This document shows, in pieces, positions 39,711 through 47,440 of a DNA stretch of 64,000 bases. The notes under the pieces were generated by a model, which worked only from the letters and a program-made list of their open reading frames with translations, did not search any database and was not told the origin of the DNA. The DNA is from an uncultured Spirochaetota bacterium (GTDB lineage: Bacteria > Spirochaetota > Spirochaetia > SZUA-6 > CAVTHK01). The stretch lies in assembly GCA_963734495.1 (NCBI GenBank), contig CAVTHK010000009.1, positions 128,001 through 192,000 on the forward strand. The letters are read 5' to 3'. Made by a program: the position numbers and the translations under genes. Position 1 is the stretch's first letter. Each line of letters starts with the position of its first letter.

Positions 39711-40630
39711 GTGTGCACCTCATGGGAGCGCCGGCAGCGCTCGCTGACCAAGGCGAGAAGCTCCGGAACCGCGGTCAGATACCAGTAGGTCATGGTCGGG
39801 TTGAGGTGGCCCAGGTAGGTCGACAGCAGTGGCAGCCTTGATTCCACGTCGACACCGCAGCGATACCAGCCGATGAGCGTGCGGACGGCGAAGGTGTGGC
39901 GGAGGTCGTGGATGCGCGGGCGGCGTGGGCTGCGGTTGGCGAGACCCGCCCGGTCGATGAGGCGATGGAAGCGCAAATGGACGTTGGCGTAGATGAGCGG
40001 CTTGCCGGCTCGCGAGAGGAACAGACGCGAGGAGTACTGGATGGGCAGGAGGCGGTCGCGATTGCGGGCATAACGGCCGAGGGCCTCGACGCTCGACGGG
40101 TGAAGCGGGATCTCGCGGGACTTGCCGAACTTTGACCCACGCACGACGAGCAGGCCTCGGTCGTGGTCGAGGTCACGGCGGTCGAGCCTTATGGCCTCGC
40201 CCACACGCATGCCTGTGACGGCGAGCAGGGCGAGAAGGGTCGCGTCGGTAAAGGCGCTGTGGTGATCCCGCTGTGAGCGCGCCGCCTCAAGGAGCCTGTC
40301 GATGTCGTCCTTAGAGTAGATGTAGGGCCTCAGGCGCCGGGATGCGGGCGGCAGAAGATGATGAGGCGGGACCTCGGTGCGGGGGTCAAAGGACTGTGCG
40401 TAAAGAGCGAACTGGCGGATGATGCCTAAGCGTGTGGCCCACCACCGGGGCGATGCCGCGGCCGGTTTGGTAGCCCACTGGAGGGCGAGCTTCGTCGTGA
40501 TCGAGTTGCTGCCGGCAGCGAGCACTGAGTTGACGAACTCGTGCAAGCGCCTGCCGACGTGCTGGAGCTTGTACCCCGTGGCGTGACGGGTGGCGAGGTA
40601 GTCGTCGAGGATCTGGTGGAGGTTGCTCAT
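39707..40630 (-). CDS. Tyrosine recombinase, RIT second gene (RitB)
   Basis: TGMRVGE; SKFGKSR; HDLRHTFA; LSTYLGH....TYWY. Confidence 0.94.
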   Translation of the reverse strand: MSNLHQILDDYLATRHATGYKLQHVGRRLHEFVNSVLAAGSNSITTKLALQWATKPAAASPRWWATRLGIIRQFALYAQSFDPRTEVPPHHLLPPASRRLRPYIYSKDDIDRLLEAARSQRDHHSAFTDATLLALLAVTGMRVGEAIRLDRRDLDHDRGLLVVRGSKFGKSREIPLHPSSVEALGRYARNRDRLLPIQYSSRLFLSRAGKPLIYANVHLRFHRLIDRAGLANRSPRRPRIHDLRHTFAVRTLIGWYRCGVDVESRLPLLSTYLGHLNPTMTYWYLTAVPELLALVSERCRRSHEVHT

Positions 40631-41838
40631 GCCGCACCTCCGGGCCACGGCTGCGCGAGCTCGTGCAACCGGCAGTAGTCCACCTTGGCGTAGATCGCCG
40701 TGGTCGCGTGGTGGCGGTGACGGAGGGCCTGCGCGATCTCATCAAGGGTCGCTCCCCGGCGCAGCATCGTGGTGGCGGCGCTGTGCCGCAGCCGGTGAGC
40801 GCCGACCGGTGGCAGCTGGACGCGCTTGCAGGCGTCCCGGACGATAGAGGTAACAGCGCTGCTGCCGAGTGGGCCGTGGGGGACGTGATGGCCCAGGAAC
40901 AAGGAGCGCCAGCTCGTCTTCCTGCGCCGCCGCAGATAGGAGGCGAGCGCGCTGCCCACCTCCTCCAGAAGCGGCATGCGGTCCTCCCGCCCGCCTTTGC
41001 CACGGATGAGCAGGATGCCCTCCCGCCAGTTCACGTCGTCGAGGCTCAGAGACGCGACCTCCTTCGCTCGCAGTCCCATACGAGCCAGGAGCAAGAGGAC
41101 CGCGTAGTCGCGGCGGCCGAGGGTGGAGCGCCTGTCGCAGCTGTCGACGATGGCGTTTACTTGCTCGGGAGCGAGGTACTTCGGCAGTGAAGCCATGCGG
41201 CTGCCGGCGACCTTGGGGACGGCGCCCCTGAGGTCCATGGTGATGTCGCCCCGTAGCTGCAGATAGCGCAGGAATGAGCGAAGGCCGGTGAGCGTCGCCC
41301 GGGTCTGGTCGACGTTAGATCCCCGTGAACTGTCGAGGACGTAGCGCTTGACCGTAGCGCCGTCGAGCGAGGACAGATCCAACTCGCCAGACGGTGAGGT
41401 CTTCACCAGCAACTGCCGGGCTTCGGCGCGGTACTTCCGAGCCACACCAGGGGTGAGCCCCTGATCGTGGATCAGCGAGCCCTCGTACTCGCTCAACAGC
41501 TGCTCGAGTGGCGTCAGTGGGGAGAGTGGCGCGGCCGGGGAAGGCTCGGGTATCAGCCCCGCTCCGGCAAGGAAGCGGAGAACCGCAACGAGGCTTCCCC
41601 GGCTCAGGAACTGGGTGTAGCCTCTATCTCGCCTCGCGCAAAGGAACGAATCGACCTGCTCATCGGACAGGTCCTGTAGCCCGAGACTCTGCTCCTCGAG
41701 CCATCGGCTCAGATGACTCGCCACTCCCAGCAGATTCCTGCACGAGAGGATCGCGTAGCCCTGTCGAAGCAGGTCTGACCTGAGCTCTCGGACGTGATGC
41801 GCCAGGGGTCCGGAAAACCGGACGGTAGGAAACCGCAT
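40627..41838 (-). CDS. Tyrosine recombinase, RIT first gene (RitA)
   Basis: GGGAGG RBS, ATG 41838. RRDYAVLLLLARMGLRAKEV; GKGG; HRLRHS; LRH...TTAIYAKVD. Confidence 0.94.
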   Translation of the reverse strand: MRFPTVRFSGPLAHHVRELRSDLLRQGYAILSCRNLLGVASHLSRWLEEQSLGLQDLSDEQVDSFLCARRDRGYTQFLSRGSLVAVLRFLAGAGLIPEPSPAAPLSPLTPLEQLLSEYEGSLIHDQGLTPGVARKYRAEARQLLVKTSPSGELDLSSLDGATVKRYVLDSSRGSNVDQTRATLTGLRSFLRYLQLRGDITMDLRGAVPKVAGSRMASLPKYLAPEQVNAIVDSCDRRSTLGRRDYAVLLLLARMGLRAKEVASLSLDDVNWREGILLIRGKGGREDRMPLLEEVGSALASYLRRRRKTSWRSLFLGHHVPHGPLGSSAVTSIVRDACKRVQLPPVGAHRLRHSAATTMLRRGATLDEIAQALRHRHHATTAIYAKVDYCRLHELAQPWPGGAA

Positions 41839-41964
41839 CGTGACCTCCCTTCCCAACCAGTGGTCGGGACGAGGTCACTATGTGCCAAGCAGCCCGGATT
41901 ATGCCGCCAAGGGGATCGAGAAAAACCCTATCCGCGGCAGGAAAACCGCAGACTCGACCGAGTG

Positions 41965-42018
41965 AGTCGGCATAATCCGGCGGTCGGCATAATGCGCGTT
42001 ATGCCGACATCGGCATAA
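41965..42018 (-). repeat. RIT right terminal inverted repeat plus adjoining 20-bp quasi-palindrome
   Basis: 41965-41995 is the exact reverse complement of 38618-38648; 41999-42018 is TTATGCCGA-CA-TCGGCATAA. Confidence 0.93.
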
Positions 42019-42019
42019 C

Positions 42020-43019
42020 GTGCACAGCAATGCAAGGTTATCGAGCCTGGTCTCCCCGCCGTGCAGCCAGTGCTTTACGTGGTGCCCGTGCAGGAAGCTG
42101 GTGTGAGTGCACCCGGGAAAGGCGCAGCCGCGGTCCCGCAGCATCAAGGCCCGGCGGAGGGCGGGGGGAATGCTGCGGGTGCGGCGGCCGATGTTCAGAC
42201 TCTCCCCGTCCCCACCCACGGCCACCAGACCACAGTCACAGGCGACCCGCCGCAACGTCTCCGCGGAAACGCGCGTGCCATCATCCAGCGTAGCCGCCCA
42301 CTCTCCGTCCGCACCCAGCACCTCCTGCTCGAGATGAACCATGACCTGGAAGCGCTCCCCGCCGGTTCCCTTTACCGGATGGCCGGTCAGGAACGACTCG
42401 GCGAGCTCGACCGCGCCATCGGCCCGGGATGGCCAGCGCGTTTCCGAGGAAACGCCGGCGGCCTGCGCCGCCTGCTCGGGCTGCTCGGCCTGCACCTCCC
42501 GGGCGCGCTCGACGGCGCGCAGGATCAGGTCCGCCTCGTCGGGCTCCAGCACCAGCTCCAGCTTGACCATTCCCCCCGGCAACACCCGCCGATATACCGA
42601 CCGCTCCTCTGGCGCCGCCGCCGTCTCCTCAGCCGCCGCGGCCGCCGATAGCCCCGGCACATCCGCTCGAGCTGCGCCGCGGTTGCCACCAGCGCCATTT
42701 CCAGCAGCCTGCCCTCGTTCTCAGGTGTTGCCACTCGGGTGAGCGCGCGGACCTTGGCGTAGGAAAGGCTGGCCGAGCGGAATGCCTCGTCTATCGCGGG
42801 CAGCTTGCCGAGGGCGCGCGCGACCCGCACCTTCTCGCGTGCCGTCGCCGGATCCAGCCCGACTCGCCAGGCCAGCCAGTGGGCGCAGGAAACGGCGCCC
42901 TGGTCGCACCAGCCGCCGGCGTCGTCGAACTGCCTGATGCACTCGAGGAGCCTGTGAGTGGCGGCGTCGAGGTGCGCCGACAGGCTGGCGATCTCCTGAG
43001 CGAGCTGGTCTGTGGCCAT
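42020..43019 (-). pseudogene. DUF222 + HNH endonuclease (13E12-repeat-like), 5' part; frameshift near 42645; interrupted by RIT
   Basis: HLDAATHRLL..FD...GW...GAVSCAHWLAWR; VRVARALGKLP; LSYAKVRALTR; LRRVACD; LNIGRRTRSIPPALRRALMLRDRGCAFPGC; HHVKHW..GGETRLDNLALLC. Confidence 0.9.
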
Positions 43020-43025
43020 GACTAT

Positions 43026-43054
43026 ACTATACATATGTATGGCTTAACATGCAA
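43026..43054 (-). promoter_or_regulatory. Leaderless sigma70 promoter of the HNH gene, overlapped by a 12-bp palindrome
   Basis: Minus strand TTGCAT-N17-TATAGT, 6 nt before ATG 43019; ATACATATGTAT at 43029-43040. Confidence 0.65.
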
Positions 43055-43092
43055 GCCCCAGCGCCGCGCGTAGAATCTGCACGGAGGGTCGT

Positions 43093-43449
43093 GCCGCGGA
43101 CCCGACCCGGCTTGCTTCTGCATTTTCCGCCCTGGAGGCCGGCATCGTCGTCGAAGCCCGCAAGGGCGATGCGGGCGGCCGGGAGCTCGACCTGCTCCTG
43201 CACCGCGCCGGCATCGAGCTCGTGCCCCTGACCGGTTCCCAGCGCGAGATTGCGAGCCACGCCTGGCGCCGCTTCGGCAAGGGTCGCCATCCGGCGGGCC
43301 TGAACATCGGAGACTGCTGCTCCTACGCTCTGGCGAGGAGCTCCGGCGAGCCTCTGTTGTTTACGGGCGGCGACTTCGCCCGCACCGATCTGCCCGCGGC
43401 GCGCGTACTGACAATCGGCCTCCCACTTGTCGCGTGCACCACTCTGTAA
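43093..43449 (+). pseudogene. vapC: 5'-truncated VapC (PIN) toxin
   Basis: AADPTRLASAFSALEAGIVVEARKG..GRELDLLL..AWRRFGKGRHPAGLNIGDCCSYALA..EPLLFTGGDFARTD. No N-terminal D(S/T)S motif; in-frame TAA upstream at 43045. Confidence 0.8.
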
Positions 43450-43455
43450 TACAAT
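43427..43455 (+). promoter_or_regulatory. Toxin-antitoxin promoter with a short operator-like palindrome
   Basis: TTGTCG-N17-TACAAT, 6 nt before ATG 43462; TGTA-A-TACA overlaps the -10. Confidence 0.6.
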
Positions 43456-43461
43456 AGTAGC

Positions 43462-43674
43462 ATGAAGGAGCATATGAGTATTACCATGGACAGGTCCACC
43501 GCTGATCGTCTACGTCGATACTCGCGTCGCGAGCGGCGGTCCGTGAGCCAGGTAATCCAGATCGCCCTCGAGCGGTTCCTGGACGAACGCGTCCCCGCGG
43601 TCGACCGGATCGTCACGACTCCGGGCAGCTTCCGTGGTCAGTTCTCGCGCGAGGAGACCTATGGCACGCGCTGA
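43462..43674 (+). CDS. Ribbon-helix-helix (CopG-like) antitoxin
   Basis: KEHMSITMD..ADRLRRYSRRERRSVSQVIQIALERFL; overlaps the downstream PIN gene. Confidence 0.8.
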   Translation: MKEHMSITMDRSTADRLRRYSRRERRSVSQVIQIALERFLDERVPAVDRIVTTPGSFRGQFSREETYGTR

Positions 43675-44104
43675 GGGCCCAGTCCTGATCGACACGAACG
43701 TCCTGATCTACGCGACCCTCGAGAACGATCCGCGGTTCGAGCGCTCGAGGCAGCTCCTCGCTTCGCGGGACGGAGAGAAGTTCGTCTCGGTCCAGAACCT
43801 GGCCGAGATGTATCCGAACCTGACCGGTCCGAGGATGGCGAGCCCGGACACGCCCGTTGTGGCGCGGGCCAAGATCGAGTCCATCGCTGCGCTGCCGACG
43901 CTTCAGGTGCTGCCCCTGACAGGGGATGTTCAGAGCCTCGCGATGGAGCTGTGCGAGAAGCACAACCTGACCCGCCAGCGCTACTACGACGCTCAGCTCG
44001 TAGCGACGATGGTGGCGCACGGCATCAGGACGATCGTGACGGAGAACGCGCGCGATTTCGAAGATATGGAGGAAATCGAGGTCGTCGACCCGTTCCGCTC
44101 CTGA
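43661..44104 (+). CDS. PIN-domain (VapC-like) toxin
   Basis: GAGGAG RBS. VLIDTNVLIYA; QNLAE; YDAQLVATM; IVTENARDF. Confidence 0.9.
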   Translation: MARAEGPVLIDTNVLIYATLENDPRFERSRQLLASRDGEKFVSVQNLAEMYPNLTGPRMASPDTPVVARAKIESIAALPTLQVLPLTGDVQSLAMELCEKHNLTRQRYYDAQLVATMVAHGIRTIVTENARDFEDMEEIEVVDPFRS

Positions 44105-44125
44105 CGCGCGCCGCGGGCTGACGCC

Positions 44126-44964
44126 TCAGGCCTCCGGCTGGCAGGCCGGGCAGTAGATCGAAGGCCCTCCGCCGATCGCCACCCGTGCGAGCGCACCGCC
44201 GCAGGCCGGGCACGTCTTGCCGGCGAGGGGCGAGACGTAGCGGCCCGGCTTCCCGTAGAGGTCGACGAACCCGTCCTTGCCGCCGAGCCGGATGCGCTCG
44301 GAAAGCACCTTCTTCACGGCGCGCGCGACCCGCTTCCGCTCGGCGGCGTCGAGACTCGAAGCCTTGCGCTTCGGGTGCACGCGCGCCCGCCACGCGATGT
44401 CCTGGAACGAGGCGTTGCTGATCCCGACGACGAGCGCGCCTTTGCCCAGGAGCACGGCCTTGAGCATGCGCCCCTCGCCCGCGAGCCTGCGGGCGAGCTC
44501 GGCTTCGGGCAGCGCCTCGTCATCCATCGGGTCGGCCGCGCCGAGGAAGTCGCGCCGGTACATGTAGCTCTTCTCCAGCGAGTCGTCGGCGTACACCTGG
44601 ATCCCGCCCATGCCGGTCAGGCGCACGGTCAGCGCCGACTCGTCGTCAAAGACAATCTTCAGATGATAGGTTGAAGGAAGGCCGGCGCCTGCCGCATGGA
44701 ACAGCACGATGCCGCCGTACTCGGGCGCGACGATCAGGCTCGAGACGCGCCTTCGAAGCGCACGAGGATCGTGTTGCCCCGCGAGACGACTTCGTGCACC
44801 CGGCGACCGGCAAGCGCGTCAAAGGCGCTCTCGTCCTGGTTGACAAAGCCGCTCTTGCGAAGTCGCGCCGCCTCCCTCAGCTCGCACGAGGCCACGCGTC
44901 TGCCCACGATCGCTTCGCCCATCTGTCGAGCGAGAATCGAAGCTTCCGGAAGCTCGATGCTCAA
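44126..44964 (-). CDS. Fpg/Nei-like DNA glycosylase homolog (frameshift near 44745)
   Basis: N-terminal SIELPE; SRGNT; H2TH-like GISN..QDI.WRARVHPKR; zinc finger CPACG...YCPACQ. Confidence 0.78.
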
Positions 44965-45003
44965 GAGGCCCTCCTCGCGGCGCGGGATCGGACCGCGCGC
45001 GGC

Positions 45004-45465
45004 TCACGCCGTCAGGTTGACGAGCCCGCCGGGGGTCCCCGCGCTCTCCTCTTCGATCTCGCGCCGCGCCTCCATGGCCATGCGGTACGCCTCGGCGGCG
45101 ATGCGCATGTCGGCGGCCGAAGGCTCGCCTGGCCCGAGCGCGGCCTGCATCAGCGCCTCGGCCTTGCGCAGCGTGGCCTGCGGGTCGCCCGGCACCGGAG
45201 TCACGTCGACCTTGACCGACCCGCCGACCGCGTACAGGGTCCCGTCGGGCCCCATCGCGTAGATGTACTGCGGCGCGCCTTCGGCGTACGGGCCGGCGAT
45301 CGCTATGTGCGTCGCCTCGTGCGCCTTGACGCGCACGTCGGCGCTCGCCAGCGCCGCGCGGACCCTGTGACGAGCGGCCGAGGCGCCGAGCTCCTCCAGC
45401 AGAAAGGCCTGCTCGCGGGAGCGGCTCGATCGCAGCGGTTCGACCATTGCGGGCCCCGAGATCAC
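45004..45465 (-). CDS. SprA-related (putative metalloprotease CJM1_0395-like) protein
   Basis: DVRVKAHEATH; Y.Y..GPDG..YAVGGSV; AALGPGEPSAAD. Confidence 0.8.
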   Translation of the reverse strand: MISGPAMVEPLRSSRSREQAFLLEELGASAARHRVRAALASADVRVKAHEATHIAIAGPYAEGAPQYIYAMGPDGTLYAVGGSVKVDVTPVPGDPQATLRKAEALMQAALGPGEPSAADMRIAAEAYRMAMEARREIEEESAGTPGGLVNLTA

Positions 45466-45622
45466 AATACGAATGGTAGGGGTGTGTCGCTCCCGGCGTC
45501 AACTTGCCCGCGGCGCGCAGCGGCGCATTCAATGGACGCTCTCAGGATGCCGTAGGTATCCTTCACTCGTCATATTCGATCACCGCTGGGGGTCATGAAT
45601 GGAAGGAGCAACCGCTCAAGTC

Positions 45623-45784
45623 ATGGCGTCCGTGCACCACATACGGTTCTTCATCTTCGACTGGTCTGTTGCCAACCTGGTCATGGGCGCCATCCTCATC
45701 GTCGTCTTCTTTGTCGGGGCCTGGATGCGGCTGCCGAAATGGATCGAGCGCGGCCGCGAGCGCCGCGAGGAGGGCAGGGGATGA
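45623..45784 (+). CDS. Small single-TM membrane protein of the cytochrome b module (start 45599 or 45623)
   Basis: WSVANLVMGAILIVVFFVGAWMRLP; ATGA overlap with the cytochrome b gene. Confidence 0.65.
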   Translation: MASVHHIRFFIFDWSVANLVMGAILIVVFFVGAWMRLPKWIERGRERREEGRG

Positions 45785-46386
45785 GCCTGACGCAACGGAT
45801 GCAGGGGTTCGTCAAGGACAAGATGACCTTGGACGACATCCTGCCCACGAAGCTTCCCGTGTACGTGAACTCGGTGGCGTACCTGTTCGGCGTCCTCACG
45901 CTCAGCTCGCTCGTGATGCTCATCCTCACGGGCCTCATCCTGTCCATCTTCGGTCCGAGCTGGTACCACGTGTCCCCGACCGGCCGGTTCTTCCACTCGA
46001 TGCACTTCTGGTCCGCCCAGCTGTTCTTCGGCTTCATGGTCCTTCATCTGACCACGAAGTACTTTCTGGGCGCATTCCGGGACGGGCGGTGGAAGACGTG
46101 GATGGTCGGAGCGCTCACTCTGGGGGCAGCCATTTTCACGGGCTTCACGGGGTACCTGTCCGCCTCGAACTGGTCCTCGCAGTGGCATTCGGTCCAGGCG
46201 AAAGACGCCATGAATGCCATGGGGGTCGGCGGGTTCTTCCTTACGACCAACTACAGCCAGGTCCTGACGCTGCACGTGGCAGCCTTCCCGGCGCTGGTCG
46301 TCACCCTGGTGACCATTCACATCCTGTTCATCAGGCACGAGGGCCCGGTCAAGCCGTACCCTGCCCGAAGGGAGCGGAAGAGATGA
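45781..46386 (+). CDS. Cytochrome b N-terminal (b6-like) domain protein
   Basis: MLILTGL; His pairs H-FWSAQLFFGFMVL-H and H-VAAFPALVVTLVTI-H; FTGFTGY; 201 aa. Confidence 0.88.
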   Translation: MSLTQRMQGFVKDKMTLDDILPTKLPVYVNSVAYLFGVLTLSSLVMLILTGLILSIFGPSWYHVSPTGRFFHSMHFWSAQLFFGFMVLHLTTKYFLGAFRDGRWKTWMVGALTLGAAIFTGFTGYLSASNWSSQWHSVQAKDAMNAMGVGGFFLTTNYSQVLTLHVAAFPALVVTLVTIHILFIRHEGPVKPYPARRERKR

Positions 46387-47348
46387 GCAGAAGCTCGGAC
46401 GAGTACATGCGCGGCGTCCCGACAAAGCCGTATGACCTGCTCCGTGAAGGGCTCATCGCGCTGGGAATCGTGGCGGTCCTGGTCGTCGTTCTTGCCGTTG
46501 CCTTCGGATCCCCGGTCGTGCCGACGGTCCGGGGCGAGGACGTGGCAAAGAGCCAGCCTCTGGACTTCCTGAAGACGGCGACGGACTTTCTTTCCGGGGA
46601 GAGCGACCTGCAGACCTACGGGCCTCCGTACACGAAAGACACCGACAGCATGCAGAAGATCGCAGGCTTCGGCCCCTCGTCGATTCTGGGCGTCAGGGTC
46701 CCCCTCGATGCAGCCCGGGACCTGGTGATCGCGCCGCTGGAGAGGGTGGCGATCCTCAACAAGGACGTCGCGACCGCTCTGGCCGTATGGAAGGCCGCCT
46801 CCGAGGATCAGCAGAAAGCCTGGACCAAGGCGTACAGCGACGGCCTCGACAAGGCCGTGGAAGCCGACGGGCAGGTCAAGGTTCCGGCCGGCGACTATGG
46901 CCCGGTCCCCGTGCTCATGTTCGGCATGCTCGACCTCGGCCGCGCGGGGCTCCTCGAAGGGGCGCTCACCAGCAACGAGAGGCTTCCGTACACCCTGGAC
47001 AACACCAGGGCCATGCTCTTCTTCTCGGGCGACGTCGAAGCCGCCGTGGCCGAGGGGTACGACATGACGGGGCTTCAGTGGGGCATTACCCACGAGGTAG
47101 GGAACCTGCCGGGCCCCTGGTGGCTCTGGCCCTACGCGATCTGGTACCAGATACCGCCGCTGTCGACGTCGCCGAATGCCGACGCCATCGTGGGGACGAT
47201 GATGCTGGTGCTCTTCCTGCTCATCTTCTTCGCGCCGTTCATCCCGGTTCTCAAGCACCTGCCGAGATGGATCCCCATCTACCGGATCATCTGGCGCGAC
47301 TGGTACGCGAAGCACGAAGGCCCCGCGGGACCGAAGACCGGTCCATAG
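46383..47348 (+). CDS. Membrane protein coupled to the cytochrome b gene (N-terminal TM, periplasmic domain, C-terminal TMs)
   Basis: ATGA overlap. PYDLLREG; YGPPY; AGDYGPVP; QWGI..E.GNLPGPWWLWPY; PRWIPIYRIIWRD. Confidence 0.8.
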   Translation: MSRSSDEYMRGVPTKPYDLLREGLIALGIVAVLVVVLAVAFGSPVVPTVRGEDVAKSQPLDFLKTATDFLSGESDLQTYGPPYTKDTDSMQKIAGFGPSSILGVRVPLDAARDLVIAPLERVAILNKDVATALAVWKAASEDQQKAWTKAYSDGLDKAVEADGQVKVPAGDYGPVPVLMFGMLDLGRAGLLEGALTSNERLPYTLDNTRAMLFFSGDVEAAVAEGYDMTGLQWGITHEVGNLPGPWWLWPYAIWYQIPPLSTSPNADAIVGTMMLVLFLLIFFAPFIPVLKHLPRWIPIYRIIWRDWYAKHEGPAGPKTGP

Positions 47349-47440
47349 ACCGGCCGCACCGTTCGATGAGCTAGCGTTCGCTATTTCCGACCTCGCCGCG
47401 CTACCGCCAGACTTCGTCCGTCGGTACACGGGAGGCGGGA

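Larger units (their letters stand above)
38621..42019 (-). mobile_element. RIT (recombinase-in-trio) element, about 3.4 kb
   Basis: Three tandem tyrosine recombinases with ATGA overlaps; perfect 31-bp terminal IRs; flanking GTGCA direct repeat (38616-20 and 42020-24); interrupts an HNH gene. Confidence 0.93.

Noticed and set aside
38715-41838. Prophage or XerCD locus
   Set aside because: No phage genes; the trio arrangement with IRs fits a RIT element.
38618-42018. TTATGCCGAC repeats as a CRISPR array or integron attC sites
   Set aside because: Only short units arranged as terminal IRs; no spacers, cas genes or cassette structure.
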